From NCBI GenBank assembly GCA_030141605.1, contig JAQGDQ010000057.1, forward strand, positions 372,001 to 436,000: DNA of 64,000 bases, given 5' to 3'. The stretch is from Tubiluchus corallicola. Taxonomy: Eukaryota > Animalia > Priapulida. The notes beneath the pieces were generated by a model that was given only the letters and a program-made list of their open reading frames with translations, searched no databases and had not been told where the DNA came from. The position numbers and the translations under genes are program-made. Positions 1 to 12,800 of the stretch are shown here, piece after piece (within the stretch, counting starts at the first letter, position 1; each line of letters begins with the position of its first letter).

Positions 1-27
1 GCAGCAGCAGCAGCAGTACTTGTCGTT

Positions 28-65
<38 letters not shown>

Positions 66-66
66 T
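1..66. repeat. Compound trinucleotide microsatellite (GCA)n / (GTC)n
   Basis: Directly visible runs gcagcagca... and gtcgtcgtc... Confidence 0.95.
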
Positions 67-499
67 GTTATTATTTCATACGTTGTGAGCATTGCTACAG
101 TAAATTGATTAAAATAAGAGTGAGCTCTCCTCAGATTTGTCATTTTTAACATGAATAAAACGTCGAATGCCTCTATAGTCTCAAAACACATTAGTTATTA
201 CAAGAAGAGCTTGCCCTGTGGGCCTCATCACGTAAAAATTGCAGATAAAGTGCTAAAATAGTTTGTACCAGTGTGCAAGTAAATATCAAAAGCAAAACAG
301 TAGCTAAACTTCACTGATATAAAATAAGTTAGATTAAAAGGGTAAAAGCAACTGCATAGAGAGAAAAATCCAGAAGACCAGTAGATTTGTGGTCCTTAAG
401 CAAACCATATAATTCACTCCAAACCTGAATGACTTGGAGCTACATTGTTAGCAGGAACCAGGCGCCCAGTACTTTCTCAAAATTTTTTATTCGAACTCC

Positions 500-3480
500 T
501 ACGCCTATAATTTGAGAATGAATATAAATGGAGACATTGTCTATAATGTGTGTCTGCTACAGGTCCCCATCACAAGACGCCCATGGTGAAGATCCATTCA
601 TTGTCCATTTTGAACATTCTTATAACAACCTACTGAACTCACATCTTAAATACCCCTATTGCATAGTAATTGTCGGTGACTTTAACGCGAAATGTAAGGC
701 GTGGGATCCTGAAGAAAGCAGTGAGGGTTCAATAGGCCGAAAATTACATAAACTTTGTAACTCAAAACCTGTTATTTCAAATAATTAGTGATCATACTCG
801 TGTGGGGGGAACAAACAAGTCTTTGCTTGACGTAATAACAACAGACTCACCTGGCCTTTTTAATGACACTGGAATACTTTCCCAAATATTTAATTGTGTT
901 TCAGTTTTCAGAAAACAAAGAAAATAAATTCAGTTTTTAGAGAACAACTTCCAGCATTCCACCCATTGTGCTTACAAAAGGAAGGTATATTATTTTGAAC
1001 GTGCTAATTGGACTGCTTTAAACAACTTAATATCAACGTTAGACTGGAATGAAGTAAATGCAGAGAAAAATGTCTATAGCATTTTTGAGCAATTAGTCAA
1101 TAAACTGATGAATATAATCGAAGCTTGTAAACCTAGTCAAATAGTTACAATCCGTGGTAAACCGTGAATGAAAAGTTTTGTAACAAAGTTAAGATGACAG
1201 GCTGCTAAAAGAAAAATTATGTGGATATCATAAATTGAAAAATACGCCCTTGTCACGCCAGACTTACACTAACGCTAGGAACAAATATAATAACTCGATA
1301 ACCAGCCCAAAAACAAGTTCAAAAACATGGTGGGCTATTACAACGCACTAATAATAATAGTTCTGATGCTATTCCTCTCTCTTAAAGACTGCTTTGATGG
1401 TTAATGACACTGTTTCCAAAAGTAACATGTTGAACATGTATTCCTCAAAACAATGCTATGTTGATGCTTATACTTCTCAGTTAAAGAATGAGTCGAAACT
1501 CAGTTATCTAGAGCCGAAAAAAACTTGGTAAATCTTTACTTAGCAAAGTTGAACACCAATAAGTCAGTTGGGCCTGTTGGCATTAGTAATGTCGAACTCA
1601 AATCTTGCGCGAACTCCCTAACGAAGCCATTAACAAGGTTATTTAACATTTCACTGCAATCAGGCCATTTTCCTATTCTGTGAAAAACTGCTAACATCTG
1701 TCCTGTGCATAAATCTGGGGACAGACAACTTGTTTCTAATTACAGGTATTGTTACTATCTTGTATCTCAAAAATATTATATCGGGTGGTATACAAACAAT
1801 TATACAAGTACCTAGTCATTGATAATGACTTTCTGACAAATCGTAACTGTGGTTTTAGGCTGGTGACAATACTACCAACCAACTAATTTCAATTGCGGAT
1901 AAGCTCTATGGAGAAGTAGATAATTGTGCTGTAATATACACAGTATCTTTAAACATAAGTAAGGCCTTTGATAAGGTTGGCATGCTGGGCTCCTATTCAG
2001 GCTGAAACAACTGGGTATTGGTGATAAACTGTTGCTCTGGTTGTCGTCTTATATTAGATATTGTTTCCAGAAGGTTCTTTCTGACAAATCGATGGGCGAT
2101 TCGTCCGATACATGGCAGCTTTCAGCGGGTGTACCTCAGGGACTGATTTTAGGAAATGATGTTACAGAAAATATAAAAACCAACATTCGTCTTTATGCTG
2201 ATGACACTAGTTTAATTGTTTCATTTACTGTGATGAAACCCACAATTCAGCTAGTCGCTTAAATGCTGACCTCAGTAACATTAAAGAATGCACCGCACAA
2301 TGGTTACTTTCAACCCAAGCAAAGCTGAGATCATACTTTTTCCTAGAAAATCCAACACGTGTGACTATCCAACATTGTACTTTAACAACAACCCTTTAAA
2401 GACTGTTACATCACATAAACATCTAGGAATAGTTGAATCCGGGATGGTAGTCCCTAATCTTCGGATCTGGGATGGTAGTTCCATATTAGCAAAATTATTG
2501 AAAAATTGAACTTGAGGTTAAACAATTTGCCGTGTTTCATACCACCTGCCCAGAGCAACACTTGAATAAACCATATGTCAGTACTATCTTACCAATTATT
2601 GAATATGGTAGCGTAATATGGTCTGGTTGCCAAGAAAATTCTCTACAGGTGCTCGAGAATTTCAGGTGTTCAGTTGTCAATTGCAAAAATTTGTTCTGGG
2701 GGCAATGTTCCAATCATCTACTCAAAACTTCTTAAGTGATTGCAGGTTTACAGATCTGATGACACGTTTTCAGTACCACCGTTTATATATATTTTTAAAG
2801 TAGTAAACCACCTAGTTCCTGAAACTCTAGTCACTATCCTCCAACCAAAAGTGGGAGAACTCACTGCGTACAACATTCGCAACAGAGATAAACATAGAAA
2901 CATTGTTGCACGCACCGTAGCATTTCTAAAGTCGTTCTTTGTCTTAGCATTATCACATAGAACATTGTTGCACGCACCGTAGCATTTCTAAAGTCGTTCT
3001 TTGTCTTCAGCATTATCACATAGAACATTGTTGCACGCACCGTAGCATTTCTAAAGTCGTTCTTTGTCTTCAGCATTATCACATAGAACATTGTTGCACG
3101 CACCGTAGCATTTCTAAAGTCGTTCTTTGTCTTCAGCATTATCACATAGAACATTGTTGCACGCACCGTAGCATTTCTAAAGCCATTCTTTGTCTTCAGC
3201 ATTATCACATGGAACAATTTGCCCAACTTCAACTCTTACACTTAAACGGGAAATTAAAAAATACTTAAAACTTAAGTAGCAGTCATTTGTCGTTTTGCAT
3301 TTTGCAAGCCTCGATCCGGCTTTCATTCACCAGTCAACTTATTTTCTAAAGGCTGCAAGAATACTGACGGTTCCCTAGTCATGCCTAACTGTGAGTGTGG
3401 TTCAAGATTCGAGACAACTGAACATTTCTTGTTATACTGTTTGAGTTACACTGTTATTAGAACAACGATGTTTGATAAAC
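500..3480 (+). mobile_element. Decayed non-LTR retrotransposon (CR1/L2-group LINE) ORF2: AP endonuclease + reverse transcriptase + C-terminal Cys/His motif
   Basis: Fragmented ORFs carry the APE motifs CYRSP and IVGDFNAK, RT motifs KAFDKV, GVPQG and YADDT, HKHLG, the C-terminal SFF..ITWNNLP, and CECGSRFETTEHFLLYC. Many stops and frameshifts. Confidence 0.9.
2893..3217. repeat. Minisatellite, about 5 near-identical 62-63 bp units inside the LINE
   Basis: Unit cattgttgcacgcaccgtagcatttctaaagtcgttctttgtcttcagcattatcacatagaa starts at 2901, 2963, 3026, 3089 and 3152. Confidence 0.95.
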
Positions 3481-5894
3481 AGTGAAGAACTAATGGCGCG
3501 GACGCGAACTTGCGTATGTGTGATAATTATTCTTTCACGTAAGTCATTTTGAAAAAATAGTATGTTTCCTTCTAGTATTTTAAATAGTAGCTTGTTTTAA
3601 CCAACAGTTTAAGATTGGTCCCAGTTTTTCTTTAAGGTAATGTGGGCCTTAATTTTGCCTCCAACGCTAAAAAAAGCAGGTGGTCTAACTTACTTGATAT
3701 CGTAAACAAGGTAGATCCCACACGTACATGCGCAGACAAACAACATGAAATGCACTGCACTAACAACATAAACTGTTTTCACGGTTTGATTTTCTGCTTT
3801 CGCGATCATCTTTTAAACTATTCGCAGTCTAGCACTCTAGATCTTTAAGTTGTTTAAAAAACGTTTAAATTTGTAGGCTTATATTGCTCAAAGAAAAAAG
3901 AAAAATGCGCCCAAACGGACAGCAAGTTGCTAAGCAAAATTCTACAAATTTACTCTGCAGCAGCTTCAACGATAGTAACCAAATGCTGCTTTCCTTTAGT
4001 TTATTTTAAGAAATTAGAAGCCACTTGCTGCGAGTTTGAGAACGCTCTAATTTGTTTTTTGCAACCCAATCTTTATAGCAAAAATTTCTGAAGGGCAAGA
4101 TATGTATGCAGTAAAACTCTCTAATATTTATTATTTATGTCTGTAGTAAACCGTTTTTGAACTAAATAAACGATATAAATTTAAAATATGAAAAAGCTCT
4201 CTTAAGATTTTAACACAAGGAAACGTTCAGTGGTGACTTAAGTTATATCTGTTTATAGGTACAAAAATACGTGTAAAAAGGTCTTATGCATGACCAATTT
4301 AAACATCGTATGTAAGCACTAACATTCTACATTGAACAAGCTAACCTGCCTGGTCGAAACTATCTTTAATAAACACTATTTTGTTCTGAATAGGCAACCT
4401 CCTGTTGTGTATGTATAGTGCTGAAATCGGTATGTTATATCCTTAAGCTATGGAACAACGTCAAATTCCAAACTTAAAAAAATAGAAAGCTAACTACCTG
4501 GGCAAAGACAGTATGGTTTTTATCCATTTTAAACGAACTAGTTTTCGTGATCAATGTAAAAGTAATCTAATGTACGTTCTCAATACATAATGAGAAAAAT
4601 CAAATCAAAAACATATTCTCATAATTATACACTAAAATAAGAAAATGACTGATTATAAGAGATATTTATAGTTTGGTGAAAATAAACTCCATATTTCATG
4701 ATTTGTCGAAATGGTATTGATTGACGGGTATTGTGAATTTTTCTCAGATTGTTCATTTTAATCTTTTCTTGTAGTTTATTAGTGTAGGTACTAATTCTGT
4801 AGTGTCTGCTAATTTCACAGGCTTATAGCGGTTTTACATGCACGGCAAAAATTATTCACATGGTAGCCCAGTACTTAGTAAATTATGTAGACTGACCTTG
4901 TCCCACGCCATCTGCATGTGTCTTCAAGTCTAATGTGATGGACTTTATGTTAATACTGACATTGGCCCCAAGCAACCAGGTACCAACTTCAGTCCAAACC
5001 AGTTACCAACCACAATATTCATTGTTAAGTATTTCTAGATTATATTTGCCTAGTATTTTTAGTATATTCTGTATAACCGGGGTTAGCTGGCTTCTTCAAA
5101 TTCATGTTGAAATTGCCCAGTATTGTAATTTAATTGTTTTCATTCATGATTTTGCTTGGAGTTCATTGTCAAAAATTTGTTGGATAGTCGATATGATTTA
5201 TAATGGCACCAATTAGGCGATGATATATTTCACACTACAATTATTCAATGTTATTCGACTTTATAATATTTAATTTCTTAAAAATTATTTTGAATTCCCT
5301 TCCCTTTTTGTATTTCTGTCCTGTCTTATTATTGTGTTGTTCGGTAAGTTTATCAGTTACTCTGAATTTTCTTGTCACTGGTAATGTAAAAACAATGCAA
5401 AAATCCGAAATTTTCTGCACTAATTGTACCTACGCTAAATTTTGGTGAGAACAGATTTTTTTATAGCGCACATTTCTGTTATTTACTGTTTTTCTGGTAC
5501 TTGGACTTGTCAGTAAACTGATTTGAATTGTTGCCATATTACTTCATAAGTTTAATTTAGTACGTTTACTCGTTTAGTAATTTAATCATTCTTAAAAAAT
5601 ATTGTGAGAGTTAGAAAGTTATTAAAGTAAGTCATTAAAATTTTAAAATAACCAAAAATAAAAACTAGGTACAACATTAAATTTCATTGGTGCCCAGCGC
5701 CTACTGCTCACAAAGATAATGATATTACTAACGTAATCTCTATGCCCTCACCTCTCCGTAGAGAGGGTCAAGTTTGTGCAAGCGTAGTGCTAGAGCAAGT
5801 TTGTGCGCTTTTCATAAATTTCCAAGCGCGTACGGCATCACCAGAGTGCAGTGTAATTTTCAGAGTGAAAGTTTATTTTGCTAACTTTTTTAAA

Positions 5895-6003
5895 ATGGCT
5901 TCAAGTATAAAAGTGCTTGTTCATCCAACGGTTTTATTTGCTATTGTAGATTCGTTTGAGCGTCGAAATGAAGAAGCAAAACGTGTCATAGGAACATTAT
6001 TAG
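5895..6003 (+). CDS. EIF3F: eIF3f exon 1
   Basis: aaaATGG start; [36 protein letters not shown]; phase-1 GT donor at 6004. Confidence 0.92.
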
Positions 6004-9000
6004 GTTCGCAATTCAATTCTGTAAACTGTAGCGTTTGCGACTGATTTTGGCAGAGCTGCCTACCATTTGAAGTAAAAATGAGTGTGAAAACATGGAAAGC
6101 CCGGGGCTTGTCTAACCCCGGCAAGTGGCGGATCACGCCTCAGAATTTTTTCTTTTTTGGTATCAAAAAATTGAGACACAAAATTAAAGTAATTAAAGAC
6201 ATTTCACAAAAAGTTTGTTAACTTGAGCTAAGCCAGAAGTTGTTTTAAAAAATGCTGACACGTGGAAGTGCAAGTAAAAGCATTTTAATTCTTTTTAATT
6301 TCGGAAGAAGTTGGAATATTTGCTGTTTAAATTGTTCTCAATGGCCTCTGTAAAATTTAATAATATATTGAGTGATCATATAATTGTAAATTCCATCATT
6401 TTTAGGTTTGAGTTTTTATGTGGGCATATATATATCTCTAGTATATATAATAAATCTATAGTGCTGCTTTTGGCACAACTTTGTCTTGAACTTACTGTGC
6501 CCTAATTCACCATTGTACTATTGTCATATTTCATTTCAGGACATGTTGATAAAGGTTCAGTGGAAGTGACTGATTGCTTTACTGTTCCACACAATGAATC
6601 AGAAGATGAGGTAGCTGTCGATATGGAATTTGCTAGAAACATGTATGATCTTCATAAAAAAGTCAATGCATCTGAGGTGATTGTAGGATGGTGAGTCTTG
6701 AGCATCTTAGTCAATATTGAATAGTCCAGGCTGTGTGTTTAGCAGCTTTCGTGCATCATTTAACTTTGTCATCAGTTTTAAATGTCGATTAAAACTCCAG
6801 GACCGCACCACTCAAAATGGATCTTATAAGATGACCTGTATGAGTACAGACATAACTGGTAAATGATTGCAAATTAGGTACTATTCTGTTCAGGAGTATC
6901 TTGGGTATCAAGTTATGCTATTTGTTTGTATCTGTAAGTGATTTAACTGGATAAAATTAAGAAAAATGTGTCCTTTTCAAGCACTAAAACTTAGCCTGCT
7001 GAGTAGCTTAGTCTGGTAAACACTTCCGTGACCGTACACACAAATTTATTGATCGCCTGCTTGCTGCAGCCTAAGAAAACTGTCTGTTGTACAGAGTTTA
7101 AGGAAAAGACAACTGATCAGCCAGGAACAAATTAACATCGTTTCATCTTTTAGCAGCAATTTCTCCTTGAAAATAGAGTATACCTGAGGCAAGGTATCAG
7201 AGTGTTGTGTTGGGATAGTTGAAATTTTCTGTTCACCCAAAATCGATTTTTAATTTTTTTAACGTAGGCAAATGCATTTCATACAGATATTATTGCATGA
7301 AAGCTCATTGTGTGAGGGGTAGAAACTTGCAAAAATTATCAAATGCAATGTATACAATCGTTGCTTAGTGAGAGCTTTTTTTTATGAACCCATGAAAAAT
7401 GCAGCAAACCCTTATCAAGACGTTCAGACTATTTTTACGTTCCATCTGTATATAAGGCATTTGTACTTTAGAGGTAAATGTCTATGTTTGCCAAGTTTTC
7501 AAATTGTGACTTAAGCTGTTTAACATCAAACTCCTAAAAAGAATCATCAAGAACGTGATATATATGATCATCTAGTTTCTCAAAGCCATCTTAGAAATTT
7601 GCAGTATGGATTCACCCAGGATATCTTATTTAAATAAAGTGTCCTTGTATACCATCAAGTAAAGATGATTTTACATTCTGTTATTTACTATAACACTCTC
7701 TTAACCAAGATCAGGCATTTGTCTGTACCATCTGTCAATGAATATCTCGATCACTGATACGTATCTTCAGTCGTAAGAGAACTCACAGCAAGTGAAGAAG
7801 GCACACTACTCTATTTTAATGTCGTAACATTCCATTACATTATATCTGATTGCCACATGGACTCATTACATGAGCTTGATATTTTAAACCATGCAATATA
7901 TTTCCTTTATTTTGGTGTTATTTGTTAGTGAAAACGTAAGTAATTATATAAACAAGCCATCTAACTGTAGTGGCACTCTTTCTATATGTTACAGGTACGC
8001 GACTGGGCATGACATTACAGAACATTCCGTGTTAATTCATGAGTACTATACACGAGAGTGCAACAATCCTATACATCTGATTCTTGATACGACACTGAAG
8101 GGTGCAAGAATGGGCATGAAAGCTTTCACAAGGTCTGAAGCTTTTGTTAACGTTTGTACATTTCACTACTTTACAACTTAAATAAGATTCGTTCAAATTT
8201 TGAAGGGTTTACTTTTTATCTATAACTTTTCTATTATATATATGCATTGCAGTTTTATATTTTATCCTCAAATTAATTTCCTGTTATATCCAATAAATGT
8301 CATAACAAGTAAGTTTTTTATAGACTTGCACTGAAAATTTTCTTGATCAAACATTTACTTTATTTAGTACATCAATGGGAGTGCCGGGAAAAACTCTGGG
8401 TACAATGTTTACGCCTTTGCCGCTAGAACTCGTCTATTTTGATCCTGAACGAACAGGGGGTAAGCCTTCGTGATATTCATTATACACACTGGGTATATAA
8501 ACAAGCAAAAATTTATTATAAGTTGACCAGTTAGGCAATTAAGTAGTAGACATGATCTACTTTACCAACTGTAATTTTATAATTTTTTTTGTTAACATTA
8601 TTGTTGTTAAAATTATTGTATTGTGCAAATGTAAACTTTCGTTAAACTCTTCCAGTTTTTCCTTGCGTAAGTACATCATTCACAAAGCATTTTGTTGGAT
8701 TATGAAGTATTGTGAGTTCAATTACAAGTGAAACATGGCATTCTGTAGAATGCCTAGGCATTTTTAGAGTGCCAAAACAGACCAGATAAAGTGTCTGAAA
8801 TAATTTCTTCTACACCTTTCCTTGGCATTTATATAAGGCAAAAGTTTTATTAGGCTAAGAATGTAATTTTTTGTTTACTGTTCCTGGGTATTTTATAGAA
8901 TGTTGAATAACTTTTAGGTAATGTGAAAGTAAAACAAATGGTTAGTTGTTTTGACGAAATTTTCTACCCATTGTATGTAGAGCCAGTTGTGTTCTAGAGA

Positions 9001-12000
9001 ATGTGTGAAATAAGTAACGTTTTTGCACTTGCAAATTTCTTTTTTAAAATGGGTAACTAGCATTTTACGCAGATGTTCAGGTTGCATGATTGTTTCATTC
9101 ACAGCAGCTGCCTGCTCTAGAACTGATGAATCTGCCATCCACATTATTGTATAGTTGATGTTTTTTCATGCTGATGTATGAGTGGAACAGCCTCAACACT
9201 GCACATTATAGATTTTTACTGAAAATGGATACCATTACAACAGTAAACACTTTCCATGATTTTCTTATGGAAACCATTAACTGAAAGAGTAGGAAAATAA
9301 AGCAGTAAACACTGTTTTTCTAAATGAAAAAAACACCAGCATTTAATTAAACTTGTAAATGACCTTAACGTCAGGACGAAATTTCAGCGTCCTCATTATT
9401 ACCTGCCATGCATGATCATGTTATAGTTTTTCCAAAAGAACATCAATCGTAGGATGCACCTGTTCAAGAAGAACATACTGCTAGAAAGTGAACTGCTTGA
9501 AAAACTTTTTACACATACTAAGGATGGTACAATTCCACGATTTTTCTAAAATTGACCACTATATTATTCACTTATTGCTACTCAATCATATTTTTATTTT
9601 CTGTAAAAGTTTTTTAAGATACTAAGTACTAATAAAACAATTGACTCACTTGCTTACTTGAATAATTTGCTTAATTTAATATATTGACTAAGCTGCTTTA
9701 TGCAATGCCTAGGTATTACGTAAAAAATCCTTGAGCAACTTAAATTTCAGCCTTTCCTGATATATATATATATATATATATCATGCGTATTTACATATAC
9801 ATATACATATGTATGTAGGTGTTACATGAAATGCCTAGGAATGGCCTGTAACATATATATTGTTATGTTCATGCGAAGCCATGGAATGACTTTAAGCAGT
9901 TTTTAACAGCTTAAATAAACTTGCTCCTTGTCTCTAATATTATTTTCATTTTGTTTATAGTCAATGCTATTACCAAAGGAAAATACAATTCGAAGAGAAC
10001 TGTTAATTTGTCATCAGATCTACAAAGAGTCAGTGATGCAACGTCAAAACTTCTAGATATGTTGGAGACAATGATCTCTTATGTAGATGACGTAATTGTG
10101 AGTAATGCGATTTCGAAGTCCATTTATGCTTTTTACAAAGGTTTATTTTTTCTGTTATATTGATTAAATACACTGCAGATGGCAGCACAAAATATGAATA
10201 AAATCTGTTTAAGAGAATTAGAGAAATACAAGTTTTATATCTATTGCTGAAATAGTATATTTAAATGCACATAACTTGGCAAATAAAGACGTAGATGTCT
10301 TTACCGTGTAGGACGTAGCCACGTTTTAAAGTTAGGGAGAGCTTGGCACATAAAAAACTGACAGTGACATGTTCCATCTCAACAACAGACGTGGTATAAT
10401 ACCCTCATAATAAAAACATAAAGACACTGAAACTCCCCTTTGTAATATATAATTGACAGCAGGCATACTACTACACGTATCGTCTAATAAGAATATATAT
10501 TATAATAATTAGATTTTGGGCAATTTTATCCTTGGTTCAATCAGTCAACGTTCGGAAATGAATTGTGTAAATGCAAGCTCTTGGCAGGAGGCAGATTGAT
10601 CAAATAAAGTAATGACACCAGAAACTCTTCTAAGGCCATCGCAATTGAACTAAAGAGTTAAAAAATGTTCAAAATGTGCCAATTTTCAACAATATGGTTG
10701 CTTCCCTTGCTCCCCTAGTAGCTGTGCCACTGTTATCATGGTACATTATGACTCCACAACGTGTTACTGGCATTTAAAGAAGTAAATCTCTTTTTTGCAT
10801 GACTCACATACAGAATTCAGAAGCCACCTTAAACTACATATGTAGTAAAAGAAATAATCATTGCTTAGTTTGCCCATTAGATGGTGCTGTATGTTCATAT
10901 AACATATACCGTTTCCATACGATTAGTATGACTTAGTTCTGTAGATTTATGCAGCAGGCCAACTTGGCAGATGAACATAATTTTGTATCCTGCTTTCTTG
11001 AAAGATATATATATATACTTCTCAACAAGAACAGAATCAGCTTAGCAGTTTAAAGTGAAAAGTTATTTATGAAGAAAAGTGAAATACCATTTCAGTTAAA
11101 TCATTTTCCAAAATTAATATCATTGCCCTACAGCATTTTGTGTTGCTTTTTTGTAATTTGTTTGTTCTTCATAGAATGGTAAGATTCAAGCTGATCCATC
11201 AATGGGAAGATTCCTGTCTGCAATGATTGGTAAAGTTCCACAGATAGAACTTGAAGAATTTGAGGAAATGTTGAATGCTAATATGAAGGTTTGTAAAACT
11301 TACTTATGTCTGAGTTACTTTCACTATGTAAACTTTATGTGTGCTTATTGTAGCGTATTGTTTATATTCATTTTCACTATTTCACCATCTCTGAAGAATT
11401 CGTGTTACATATTGTAGACAACACGTAGGCTAAATACTAATATATAAGATAAATCTACCATCAAAACAAGTAAAAAACAGCAGTTTGTCAAGCAACTGCT
11501 AACTACTAGGCACTTCTACTGTCAAAAGCTGGTCTACGCCACCATTTTGAAAGAAGCAGCAAGTAAAACGAGATGTAAGAAATCTTTACAAGGCTGCTGT
11601 TGCTGCAATCATAGCCTTTTTCTAATGATAAGGATTGTTATCAAAGGTACAAAAACTTTGCAGCCAAATCTTGCAAAGCATTTTGCACAAACTTAAAACT
11701 GTGTGAAGTAAAAAATATTATTAGACCCATCCAGTAATGATCAGTAATGCACAAGCCAAAAAAACAAGCAGGAAAATAATCTTAAACTTGAGCAAAATGT
11801 TAACTTCACGAAGTGGGCCTATCAGACTAACCTACTGAGGCTAATTGTGGGACTGAACTATAATAAGGCTATAAAGAAGCTATAATAGTGATGTAGATGG
11901 CAAGGACTTTGTGAAATTATTGTTCTTACAAGCCTTTAATTAACTCACTATCATTTTCATGTAATTTCCTTTAATGTTTTTACTGTTTAGAGTTGTATAG

Positions 12001-12800
12001 GTTTCTATTTTGTGAAGCTTCTTTTATATACCATGTCATGAATATCTAATATAGTAATGTGCACACTAGAAGCACATTAGTAATGATAATAGTGATTTCA
12101 CATAATCCTTGCTTTAAACTATAGCATGGTGCGGCGACATTCAATCTGGAATTACACGGCCCAAAAAAACGAGTGGGTGATTCACAAAAAATGGTGATTG
12201 CCGCATACCTGTGGGCTTCATGGGAAATTAAACTATGCTTGTCCTGCCCTATTTATGAATGCTCTTTTCAATAATATATAGCATACAGGCTCTTACAATC
12301 CTGTTCTTCACATCTCAACTCTCGTACTGTGATTATTTACTATTTAATTTATATTAAAAGGATAGCTGACTAAATGACCTCTTGGTCGGCTGCTACTTTT
12401 TTATCATCTTGATGTTTTGAATGTTTCATTCTTGATATGCAAAACCAGTGTTTATACTATATGTGCTCACACTTTGTAAAATAGGTCTTGGGCATTCCTT
12501 TAATACTGGTCTAATTTGTTTTTTAAAAACCAGCAGTCCTGCGACAGAAACTAATTCCTGAGCCAATATTTTGCTGCAGCGGATATCACTTGAAATTTTT
12601 TGTTTATACAACTCACATACAAAAAGTTTCTTTCTGCATTTTGCTAGTTATAGTAGTTGTTTGATAATCTTGTTTTTAGCCTTTGCTTTGCTCTAGGTTT
12701 CTTCATTTTATTTATTTTTCAGGATCTGCTGATGGTAGTGTATCTTTCCAATCTGACAGCAACGCAATTAAATCTTAATGAAAAAATTAACTTATTGTAG
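5895..12800 (+). CDS. EIF3F: Eukaryotic translation initiation factor 3 subunit F (MPN/Mov34 domain), 7 exons, 272 aa
   Basis: Exons 5895-6003, 6540-6690, 7995-8132, 8368-8459, 9961-10097, 11175-11288, 12723-12800 total 819 nt, with all introns GT-AG and phases consistent. Motifs [63 protein letters not shown] and [11 protein letters not shown] are characteristic of eIF3f. Confidence 0.96.
6540..6690 (+). CDS. EIF3F: eIF3f exon 2
   Basis: tttcag acceptor; [51 protein letters not shown]; gtgagt donor. Confidence 0.95.
7995..8132 (+). CDS. EIF3F: eIF3f exon 3
   Basis: [45 protein letters not shown]; AG/GT boundaries, phase 2-2. Confidence 0.93.
8368..8459 (+). CDS. EIF3F: eIF3f exon 4
   Basis: [31 protein letters not shown]; tttag acceptor, gtaag donor. 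Confidence 0.93.
9961..10097 (+). CDS. EIF3F: eIF3f exon 5
   Basis: [46 protein letters not shown]; gtgagt donor. Confidence 0.92.
10308..10732. mobile_element. Degenerate non-autonomous DNA transposon (hAT-like MITE) in eIF3f intron 5
   Basis: Ends gtaggacgtagccacg...agggagagc and gctcccctagtagctgtgccactg form an imperfect inverted pair resembling CAG(G/T)GGCGTAGC-type termini. Confidence 0.4.
11175..11288 (+). CDS. EIF3F: eIF3f exon 6
   Basis: [38 protein letters not shown]; phase 0-0. Confidence 0.92.
12723..12800 (+). CDS. EIF3F: eIF3f exon 7 (terminal)
   Basis: tttttcag acceptor; [25 protein letters not shown] then TAG; ATTAAA at about 12842. Confidence 0.93.
   Translation, partial: DLLMVVYLSNLTATQLNLNEKINLL

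Noticed and set aside
2861-3232. 123-aa repetitive minus-strand ORF
   Set aside because: It is the antisense reading of the 63-bp minisatellite inside a dead LINE.
9120-9225. TGATGA ... CTGA box C/D snoRNA candidate in eIF3f intron 4
   Set aside because: There is no terminal stem or recognisable rRNA-complementary guide, and such motifs are expected by chance in AT-rich DNA.
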